DNA of 64,000 nucleotides from Candidatus Latescibacterota bacterium (GTDB taxonomy: Bacteria > Latescibacterota > UBA2968 > UBA8231). Location: assembly GCA_965203355.1 (NCBI GenBank), contig OZ241889.1:3296001-3360000 (forward strand). The letters are read 5' to 3'. Shown here piece by piece: positions 56,328 through 64,000 of the stretch. The notes below the pieces were generated by a model. It was not told the origin of the DNA. It made no database searches and worked only from the letters and a program-made list of their open reading frames with translations. The position numbers were made by a program, and so were the translations under genes. The stretch's first letter is position 1, and every line of letters starts with the position of its first letter.

Positions 56328-58322
56328 CTACCTCGGCCGCGCAACGCCCCCGGCCAAATACCAAGTCTCTGGATAGTACGGCCACGTCCACCGCGAATCC
56401 CAACCCCAATAGCCCTGGAGCGGCACGTTCCGCAGCGTGCGGCTGACCACGACCGGATGCGGTCCTAGGCCAATGACGCCAAGGGCCCACAGGTTGTCGG
56501 CCTGGCTGCGGAGAATCTTCTTGCCCATCGCAATGCGCTCCTTTTCGTCCGTAGTGCGGCGCAAGGTCTCCCACCAGCCGATCAGCTCCTTGATCGGCGC
56601 GGGCGGCTCCCACCCGAGCGCACCATCGGAAAGGTACCACCGCGTCCACTTGGACCACTGACTCTGCTCCCAGCCGCCATTGGTCGGCACGTACCAATAA
56701 GGCTCAATGGGAAAGAGAATATCCGCGTTGCGGTCCGCGTGCCAGATGGTCATGTCCATCAAGCCCGCCCTAGCGCGGATCCGTTGCAGCGTGCCGCTAA
56801 TCTGTTTGAGATGGACGCTTATCCCTACCTCGCGCCAGTGCGCCGCGACCAAGTCCAAGGTAACCTGCTTGGGCGTCTCGCCGATCATGTACTCCAAGGT
56901 GATTTGCAATGGCTCGCCATCGAGCCGCTCGCGCCGGCCATCTCCGTCGCGATCGACAAGCCCCATCTCGTCGAACAGAGCCTGGGCCCACGCCGGATCA
57001 AACTCCGCCCACGCCGCGGCAAATTCCGGCTCGAAGTAGCGGCTCGAAGGCACCACCGTCAACTGGCGCGGCACCCCATAACCGAAATAAACGATGTCGT
57101 TAATTTCCGCTCGATTGATGGCCAGCGACATCGCCCGGCGGAAGCGCACGTCCGCAAAAATCTGCCGCAGTCCTTCGTCGGGATGGTTCAAATTGAACTG
57201 CAACACCACGTCCGAGCCGTACGGCCGCGGCCAGACATACGTGGAATAGCCGTTGTGCGGCTCAAAGCGCTTAAACAGCGGAATATCGGCCGTCATAAAC
57301 TGCCGCCCGGCAAAGTCGACCTGTCCGGTCGAGGCTTTGGCGGCCATAATCTCGGGGCTATCGACCCGCTGCACCTCCAGATAGTCGATATAGGGCAGTT
57401 GGTTGCCTTGGGGATCCACCTTGAAATAGTACGGGTTGCGGCGCAACCGGGCGCGCGTCGAAGTCCGGCTGGTCAATACGTAGGCCGTCAGCACCGGGCG
57501 GTTGAAGTGAATCAGATCGGTCGTGCTGTTCACCGCTCCGAAATAGGTGAGCCAGTCCTGCAAACCCAACGCGGCGGCTTCGCGCTCCAATTGCGCGGGA
57601 TCGGTAAAGGCCGGGTGGTAGCGGCGCATGAAGTGCGCTGGCATCACCAAGCGCGCACTATTGTGGGCGAGGTGATTGACAAACAGCGGCATGGGCTGGG
57701 GAAAGTGATAACTGAAGCTATGCGCGTCGTGCTTTTCGATGCGCGCGCCCTTGAACCGCGGCTCCACTACCGGCGTGAGTTCCTCGTTCATCAGCACGTG
57801 GTCGAACCAGAATACATAGTCGTCGGCCGTCACGGGATGGCCGTCGGACCACTTGTGGCCGGGACGCAGGGTGATCCGCAAGGTGCGCGCGCCGTTGCGG
57901 TATTCGGCCTTGGCCGCAAAATTCGGCAGGTTCAACCGCATTTGTGGCCCCGGACGCAGCACGCCTTCGGGCACGTTGATCAGGCTTTCACCCGCAAAAA
58001 ACAGCCGGGCCGTCCCCCCGTAGCGGCCAATTTCGCCGTAGGGTTCGACCACCACCGGGTCGTCGGGCAGGCGCTCGGCAACCGGCGGCAAGGCCCCGGA
58101 CGCCACCCATTCATCGAGCACGGGCGATTGGCGGAAGGTCTGCAATCCCACAACCGCCGCCGTGGCCGGTGGCCGGAACCAAGACGCTGGCCACGCGCTC
58201 GGCGGAATGTCGCCCGTCGGCACGGCGGACGGCACGCCCGAGTGCTCGGTTTCGACCGGCGCACAGCCCAACCACGCGGCCGCACCTACGCGCCACACCA
58301 TCCTGCAATTCAGCACTGACAC
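56328..58322 (-). CDS. Family 5 (Opp/Dpp-type) substrate-binding lipoprotein, no ABC permease adjacent
   Basis: GALPPVAERLP..P, IGRYGG, LRPGHKWSDGHPVTADD, RNPYYFKVD..GNQLPYID, FRRAMSLAINR; start uncertain. Confidence 0.85.
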   Translation of the reverse strand: MSVLNCRMVWRVGAAAWLGCAPVETEHSGVPSAVPTGDIPPSAWPASWFRPPATAAVVGLQTFRQSPVLDEWVASGALPPVAERLPDDPVVVEPYGEIGRYGGTARLFFAGESLINVPEGVLRPGPQMRLNLPNFAAKAEYRNGARTLRITLRPGHKWSDGHPVTADDYVFWFDHVLMNEELTPVVEPRFKGARIEKHDAHSFSYHFPQPMPLFVNHLAHNSARLVMPAHFMRRYHPAFTDPAQLEREAAALGLQDWLTYFGAVNSTTDLIHFNRPVLTAYVLTSRTSTRARLRRNPYYFKVDPQGNQLPYIDYLEVQRVDSPEIMAAKASTGQVDFAGRQFMTADIPLFKRFEPHNGYSTYVWPRPYGSDVVLQFNLNHPDEGLRQIFADVRFRRAMSLAINRAEINDIVYFGYGVPRQLTVVPSSRYFEPEFAAAWAEFDPAWAQALFDEMGLVDRDGDGRRERLDGEPLQITLEYMIGETPKQVTLDLVAAHWREVGISVHLKQISGTLQRIRARAGLMDMTIWHADRNADILFPIEPYWYVPTNGGWEQSQWSKWTRWYLSDGALGWEPPAPIKELIGWWETLRRTTDEKERIAMGKKILRSQADNLWALGVIGLGPHPVVVSRTLRNVPLQGYWGWDSRWTWPYYPETWYLAGGVARPR

Positions 58323-58357
58323 AACACCTTCTCGTTTTTTTAGTATTTTATTAGTTC

Positions 58358-60298
58358 ATGTCTTCATTGCCACCCCAGCCGCCCACCTTTTCCCTGCGCG
58401 CTGTCCTCACCGGCCTGCTCCTCGTCGGAGCAATCAGCGTACTCAGCCCTTGGGGTATCCTCATCGTCAAGGGATCGCAAATCACCAGCAATGCCATCCC
58501 CCTCATCGCCGTTCTCTTCCTCTTTCTGCTGACGGCCGCGGCCCTGCCCCTGCTGAAGATGCTGGGCCGCGCCTGGGCCTTTTCCCGCGCCGAACTCATC
58601 GCGGTGTACGCCATGATGCTGGTCGGCTCGGTGGTGGTCACCACCGGCTTCACCGGCAGTTTCCTGTCGGTCATCACCGGAGCCGCGTACTACGCTACGC
58701 CGGAAAATGCTTGGCAGGAGCTTTTCGTCGAATACATCCATCCTTGGCTGGCTCCCACCGACGCCGAGGCCGTGCGCCTGTTCTACGAAGGGCTACCCCA
58801 AGGCAGCACCATACCATGGGCTGCTTGGACCCGCCCGCTAGTCGCTTGGCTCGGCTTTCTCTTCACCTTCTACTGGGTCCTCTTTTGCCTCGGCGTGCTG
58901 CTCCGAGGTCAGTGGGTGGCCAACGAGCGGCTCGGCTTCCCCCTCACTCGCCTGCCGCTTGCCATGCTCGAAGATGCGGACTCTCCGTCCTTTTTCGGCA
59001 ACTTGTTCAAAAACCGCCTGCTGTGGCTGGGCTTTGCCGTGCCGCTCTTGATCCACTCGTGGAACTCGCTCAACTACTACCACGACGCCTTCCAACCCAT
59101 CGCCCTCAACGGCAGCCTGTCCCTGCTGCAAGGCAGCGTCGGCCTGCCTTGGCGGATCAACCTGCCGATCTTGGGCCTAGCCTACCTGATGGCACTCAGC
59201 GTCTCCTTTAGCATCTGGTTTTTCTTTTTGTTCTACACCGTAGAAAAACTCGTTTTCGCCCGCATCGGCCTCGTCCTTGGCGGGAGCGATATCTGGACCT
59301 CGAGCGGCGGGTCGGTCCCGGTTTCCCATCAGCAGGCCGGCGGCCTTTTGGTGCTCGCCCTCTTCGTGCTTTGGACCGCCCGCTCCCACCTGCGCCGCCT
59401 GTGGCGCCAAGCACTAAAAGGCGCGCCCGCGCCCGGCGAACTCATGGCCCCGCGCACGGCCTTTGGCGGCCTAGCGGTCGGCGTGGCACTCATGGTCGCT
59501 TGGCTGACCCTCACCGGCCTCTCCCTGTACGCCGCCGTGCTGCTAGTGGTGGGAGCACTCATCGTCTTTATCGGCCTGTCGCGCATCGTCTGTGAGGCCG
59601 GCATCCCCGGCTGCCAGACGCCCATGGCCCCGCAGGCGTTTATCACCCGCGGCATAGGCCCCGAGCCCCTCGGCCTCGGCAACATGACCGGCTTGGGCCT
59701 GAGCACGGTGTGGATGGGCGAGACCGCGGCCAACATGATGAACGCAGTCATGCACAGCCTCAAGCTCACCTCCGGCGACTCGCCCGCGTCGCGCTGGCTG
59801 CCTTGGGCCTTGTTTGCCGCCATCGCCGTCGGCCTGTTCGGCTCGATCTGGTTCACCATGACCCTCGCCTACACCTACGGCGGCATCAACCTGCACGATT
59901 GGTACTTCAGCGGCGCACCGCGCTGGCCCTTCATTTACATGGCCTCGGTGTACAATGCGCCCGAGCCGTCGTTTGCCCCGCGCCTCGCCTTCACCGCCAG
60001 CGGGAGCTTCGTCATGGCCGCCCTGCTTTTTTTGCGCCAGCGCTTTGCGTGGTGGCCACTGCATCCGTTGGGTTTTCCCATCGCCTCCACCTTTACCATT
60101 GTTCACTACGGCTGGCTGTCCATCTTTTTAGCTTGGCTACTCAAGGCGACCATCCTGCGCTACGGCGGGGTGCGGGCCTACCGCGTCTTGCTGCCGTTCT
60201 TTTTGGGCCTGATCCTCGGCGATTTCACCACGGCTTGCCTGTGGCTTTTCATCGACGGAGCCTACGGCGTGGAGGGCAACATGATCTTCAACTTTTGA
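58358..60298 (+). CDS. DUF6785/DUF6784-type polytopic membrane protein
   Basis: YYATPENAW, QWVANERLGFPL, RIVCEAG, YTYGG, WWPLHPLGF, FFLGLILG. Confidence 0.75.
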   Translation: MSSLPPQPPTFSLRAVLTGLLLVGAISVLSPWGILIVKGSQITSNAIPLIAVLFLFLLTAAALPLLKMLGRAWAFSRAELIAVYAMMLVGSVVVTTGFTGSFLSVITGAAYYATPENAWQELFVEYIHPWLAPTDAEAVRLFYEGLPQGSTIPWAAWTRPLVAWLGFLFTFYWVLFCLGVLLRGQWVANERLGFPLTRLPLAMLEDADSPSFFGNLFKNRLLWLGFAVPLLIHSWNSLNYYHDAFQPIALNGSLSLLQGSVGLPWRINLPILGLAYLMALSVSFSIWFFFLFYTVEKLVFARIGLVLGGSDIWTSSGGSVPVSHQQAGGLLVLALFVLWTARSHLRRLWRQALKGAPAPGELMAPRTAFGGLAVGVALMVAWLTLTGLSLYAAVLLVVGALIVFIGLSRIVCEAGIPGCQTPMAPQAFITRGIGPEPLGLGNMTGLGLSTVWMGETAANMMNAVMHSLKLTSGDSPASRWLPWALFAAIAVGLFGSIWFTMTLAYTYGGINLHDWYFSGAPRWPFIYMASVYNAPEPSFAPRLAFTASGSFVMAALLFLRQRFAWWPLHPLGFPIASTFTIVHYGWLSIFLAWLLKATILRYGGVRAYRVLLPFFLGLILGDFTTACLWLFIDGAYGVEGNMIFNF

Positions 60299-60381
60299 TT
60301 TGGCCCCGTAATATACAGGTAATTTGACTCAACAAGCCAAATGCCAGACACTTGGCACGGATTTAAGCCAAAGGAGCCCCC

Positions 60382-60696
60382 ATGATCCGCAAAGCCTTTG
60401 TCATGCAGGTTAATCCCGACCAACACGCCGAATACGAAAAGCGCCACAACCCCATCTGGCCCGAGCTGGAGCAGACCCTCGTGGAACACGGCGTCCACAA
60501 CTATTCCATCTTCCTCAATGCAGACACCCACCAACTTTTTGCCTACGTGGAAATTGAAGACGAGGCGCGCTGGCATCGCATCGCCGAGACGCCGGCCTGC
60601 CGCCGGTGGTGGGCCTACATGAAGGACATCATGGCCACCAACCCGGACGACAGCCCCCGCGCCCAAGACCTGCGCGAGGTATTCCACATCGACTGA
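60382..60696 (+). CDS. rhaM: L-rhamnose mutarotase
   Basis: [46 protein letters not shown]...L.EVFH. Confidence 0.9.
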   Translation: MIRKAFVMQVNPDQHAEYEKRHNPIWPELEQTLVEHGVHNYSIFLNADTHQLFAYVEIEDEARWHRIAETPACRRWWAYMKDIMATNPDDSPRAQDLREVFHID

Positions 60697-60742
60697 GCGG
60701 GCGATAAGGGCAAACTTCGCTGCGGAAATGGCCTGAAAAACC

Positions 60743-62086
60743 ATGCACATTTTGGTCATCGGTGCCGGCGCTATCGGCTTCCAGTTGAGCAAGCAACTGA
60801 GCCAAGACGGGCACGATATTACCCAGATTGACACCGATCCCAGCCGCGTCAAGCGCGTCAGCGAACAGCTCGACATCATCGTGGCCGAGGGCAATGGCAC
60901 CAGTTTGCGGGACTTGCGCGGGCTCGGCATTGAGCAGGTGGATCTCGTCGCCGCCATGACCACCAACGACGAGGTCAATTTGCTCGCCTGTAGAATGGCC
61001 AAGAAGCTAGGCGTCCCAGCGGCCATCGCCCGCATCCGCAATCCCGAGTTCACCGCCCCGGACTTTATCTTCAGCCCCCAAGAGCTTGGCATCGATCAGT
61101 TCATTCACCCGGAAAAAGAAACCGCCGACGCCATCGTCCGCCTCATCCGCCAGTCCAGTGCCACCGATCTAGTCGAGTTCGCCGAGGGCAAACTCGTCCT
61201 GCTTGGCATGCGTTTGGACCCCCAGTCCTCCCTACTCCACGCGCCCTTGAGCAAACTAGGGCAGCAGTTTGCCGACATTCCCATGCGCATCGTCGCCATC
61301 CAGCGCAAGCAGCAGACCTTGATCCCGCGAGGCAACACCACGCTGCTGCCAGAGGACCGGATTTTCGTCATCAGCGATCCCGACTTCATTCCCTCGGTGA
61401 TCACCTTGACCGGCCTAGTCGACCACCGCATCAACGACATCGCGATTCTCGGCGGCGGCCTCATCGGTCAATTCGTCGCCCAAGCGCTCTCCTCGCAGAT
61501 GCGCGTCAAACTCATCGAAAGCCAAGCCGAAAAATCTCGGCAAATCGCCGACCACCTCGCCAACGTCCTGGTCATCCAAGGCGACGGCACGGACTACGAC
61601 CTGTTGGCTGTCGAGGGCCTCTCCGACATGGACGCCTTCATCGCCGTCACGGGCAATGACGAGGTCAACATCATCTCGACGCTGGTGGCCAAGCACCTCG
61701 AAGTACCGCGCGCCATCGCCTTGGTAAATAACGTCGATTACATGCCCATCACCCCGGCCATCGGCCTCGACTCGGTGTTGAGCAAACAGCTCCTGACCGT
61801 CAACGCCGTCCAGCACTACGTGCGGCACCAGCGCGTCGCCTCCATCGCCAGCCTGCCCGGCCTCGACGTGGAAGCCGTCGAGTACATCGCCCACGGCGGC
61901 AGCAAAATAACCCAAAAACCCCTCGTCTCCATCCGCTTGCCGCCGGATTCGATCATCGGCGCGGTCGTCCACGGCGATCGCGTGGTCATCCCGCGCGGCG
62001 AGACGCGCATCCAGCCCGGCGACAAAGCCGTGGTTTTCGCCCGGCACTACGTCCACGCGGAAGTGACAAAGATCTTCGGGGGATAA
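60743..62086 (+). CDS. trkA: Trk potassium uptake NAD-binding subunit
   Basis: Two RCK units (GAGAIG, GGGLIG), DEVNL, GDGTD, IPRG. Confidence 0.9.
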   Translation: MHILVIGAGAIGFQLSKQLSQDGHDITQIDTDPSRVKRVSEQLDIIVAEGNGTSLRDLRGLGIEQVDLVAAMTTNDEVNLLACRMAKKLGVPAAIARIRNPEFTAPDFIFSPQELGIDQFIHPEKETADAIVRLIRQSSATDLVEFAEGKLVLLGMRLDPQSSLLHAPLSKLGQQFADIPMRIVAIQRKQQTLIPRGNTTLLPEDRIFVISDPDFIPSVITLTGLVDHRINDIAILGGGLIGQFVAQALSSQMRVKLIESQAEKSRQIADHLANVLVIQGDGTDYDLLAVEGLSDMDAFIAVTGNDEVNIISTLVAKHLEVPRAIALVNNVDYMPITPAIGLDSVLSKQLLTVNAVQHYVRHQRVASIASLPGLDVEAVEYIAHGGSKITQKPLVSIRLPPDSIIGAVVHGDRVVIPRGETRIQPGDKAVVFARHYVHAEVTKIFGG

Positions 62087-62096
62087 ACAGGCGCGC

Positions 62097-63545
62097 ATGC
62101 ACATCGCCGTTGCATTTCGGGTACTGGGCATTCTGCTGACGCTTTTCAGCGTTACCATGCTAGTACCCGCTGGCGTATCCCTCCTCTACCGCGACGGAGC
62201 GGCCCATGCCTTTCTGTTGGCCTTTGCCATCACGCTCGGCACCGGGCTGGCGTGCTGGCTACCTCTACGCAAGCAACACGCCGAATTGCGGATCCGCGAC
62301 GGCTTTTTGATAACGGTCTTGTTCTGGGTTGTCTTGGGCTTTTACGGCTCTTTTCCGCTGGTGTTGTCCGACCAGCCGCACCTGAGCTTTACCGACGCCG
62401 TATTCGAATCCCTGTCGGGCTTGACCACGACCGGGGCCACGGTCATCCAAGGGCTAGACGACCTGCCCCGTTCCATTTTATTGTACCGCCAGCAACTCCA
62501 GTGGTTGGGCGGCATGGGCATCATCGTCCTCGCCATTGCCGTATTGCCCATGCTCGGCATCGGCGGCATGCAGCTTTTTCGCGCCGAGATCACCGGCCCC
62601 ATCAAGGATTCCAAGCTGACGCCGAGGATCACCCAGACCGCCAAGGCCCTTTGGTACATCTACTTGAGCCTAACCGCAGCCTGTGCTGCGGCCTATTGGC
62701 TGGCCGGCATGGAACCTTTCGACGCCATCGCCCACAGCTTCTCAACGGTTGCCATCGGCGGTTTTTCAACCCACGACGCCAGTATCGGCTTTTTTAACAA
62801 CCCAGCCATCGAGCTGGTCGCCGTCTTTTTCATGGTATTATCGGGTATCAGCTTCGCGTTGCACTTCTACGCCTTTCGCCAGCGGTCCCTGCATCCGTAC
62901 CGCACCGACCCCGAGTGCGGCACTTACCTAGTCATTTTGCTAATCACCATCCTAATCGCTTGGCTGATCCTCTTTACGCACGACGAGCACGACGCTGTCG
63001 CGTCCCTGCGCTACGGCCTCTTTGCCACCGCCTCCATTGTCACCACCACCGGGTTCAGCATTGCCGACCATTCGATCTGGCCGAGCGTACTGCCATTTTT
63101 GTTGTTCCTCGGCTCCTTCGTCGGTGGCTGCGCTGGCTCGACGGCCGGAGGCATAAAAGTGATGCGTCTGTTGCTCATTCTAAAGCAAGGCAGCCGAGAA
63201 ATCACGCGCCTGATCCATCCCAACGCCGTCCTCCCCATCAAGGTGGGGCAACGGGCTGTTCCCGATCGGGTCATGGAAGCGGTGTGGGGGTTTTTCTCGG
63301 TGTACGTGTTGATGTTCACGATCATGTTCCTCGCCGTGCTCGCCACCGATTTAGACTTTACTACTTCCTTTTCAGCGGTAGCCGCCTGCATCAATAACTT
63401 AGGACCGGGCCTCGGGGAAGTGGCTCTGCACTATGGCGACATCAGTTCGGTCGCCAAGTGGATCCTGTGCTTTGCCATGCTGATTGGGCGGCTGGAGGTT
63501 TTTACGCTCTTGGTGCTGTTCAGTCCGGCGTTTTGGCGCAAGTAG
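62097..63545 (+). CDS. trkH: Trk potassium uptake membrane subunit
   Basis: FESLSGLTTTGAT, QWLGGMGII, AIGGFS, TTTGF, GSTAGGIK, NNLGPG, GRLEVFT. Confidence 0.95.
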   Translation: MHIAVAFRVLGILLTLFSVTMLVPAGVSLLYRDGAAHAFLLAFAITLGTGLACWLPLRKQHAELRIRDGFLITVLFWVVLGFYGSFPLVLSDQPHLSFTDAVFESLSGLTTTGATVIQGLDDLPRSILLYRQQLQWLGGMGIIVLAIAVLPMLGIGGMQLFRAEITGPIKDSKLTPRITQTAKALWYIYLSLTAACAAAYWLAGMEPFDAIAHSFSTVAIGGFSTHDASIGFFNNPAIELVAVFFMVLSGISFALHFYAFRQRSLHPYRTDPECGTYLVILLITILIAWLILFTHDEHDAVASLRYGLFATASIVTTTGFSIADHSIWPSVLPFLLFLGSFVGGCAGSTAGGIKVMRLLLILKQGSREITRLIHPNAVLPIKVGQRAVPDRVMEAVWGFFSVYVLMFTIMFLAVLATDLDFTTSFSAVAACINNLGPGLGEVALHYGDISSVAKWILCFAMLIGRLEVFTLLVLFSPAFWRK

Positions 63546-63583
63546 CGAGTGCGACCGTAGCGCGAAACCAGACGGTGGATGAC

Positions 63584-64000
63584 ATGAGAGACAAAACGCC
63601 GATAGTTATTTCCCTCACCAAGCAGGAAACAGAATCGCAGTGCATGAGTCCCGAGCCGCTCAATCAGGCGGTGGAAGCGATCCGGCGGGACGGGTGTGTC
63701 GTCATCGAAAACGCGGTTCCCCATGATCCGCTCGATATGCTCCGGGAGAAGATGGATCAGGATTCCAAGGTCTTGATCGCTCGGGCGCTGTGGGGCGGAG
63801 CCGGCGGTATCAAAGGTCACCTGCAACAGGGACCGCCTCCGTTTGCTCCCTTTGTCTTTCGCGAGATTGTCGCCAATCCGTTTGCGATTCAAGTCAACAC
63901 CGCCCTCTTAGGCGAGGGAATCTTCAACAGCTTTTTCAACGGGAACACCAATTGTCCCGGCAGCGGCACCCAACCGTTGCATCGGGACGCGCCTCATCTA
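63584..64000 (+). CDS. PhyH-family dioxygenase, 3'-truncated by window edge (absent from ORF track)
   Basis: Manual translation MRDKTPIV...IRRDGCVVIENAV...GHLQQGPPP...GNTNCPGSGTQPLHRD contains the HxD iron ligands. Confidence 0.8.
   Translation, partial: MRDKTPIVISLTKQETESQCMSPEPLNQAVEAIRRDGCVVIENAVPHDPLDMLREKMDQDSKVLIARALWGGAGGIKGHLQQGPPPFAPFVFREIVANPFAIQVNTALLGEGIFNSFFNGNTNCPGSGTQPLHRDAPHL

Noticed and set aside
56739-58319. 526-aa antisense ORF, and similar ones at 12483-13439, 21897-22988 and 55192-56226
   Set aside because: Typical high-GC shadow ORFs opposite well-supported genes, with no motifs

Overview
GC-rich bacterial window. The gene content (sulfatase, sulfotransferases, PhyH dioxygenases, DUF6785 membrane proteins, a FlgD-Ig-tailed secreted protein, a C-terminal SWGxIK motif) resembles Latescibacterota/Gemmatimonadota/Poribacteria-type, possibly sponge-associated, genomes; this is inference. 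The centrepiece is a ~30-kb, largely translationally coupled cluster (21615-51307). It encodes five secreted PQQ-like beta-propeller proteins, an EhpF-like adenylating enzyme, an EhpG-like reductase, an Fe-alcohol dehydrogenase, a HemN-like radical SAM enzyme, a PaaK-like CoA ligase, a flavin-halogenase-motif enzyme, a GT4, a thioesterase and several transporters. No phenazine, PKS or NRPS core gene is visible, so it is a candidate uncharacterised small-molecule or cofactor pathway. A LysR-linked, divergent archaeal-type PurA homologue sits inside it. Also present: a type IIG RM gene precisely split by an IS5-family element beside an internally deleted ATPase partner, an M.PvuII-like methylase paired with an HNH nuclease, an HsdR-N nuclease with a duplicated C-terminal domain, an inverted heptamer array, several deletion-derived pseudogenes or chimeras, and rhaM, trkA, trkH. 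No rRNA, tRNA or CRISPR array was recognised. All family calls come from motif recognition by eye, not database searches.
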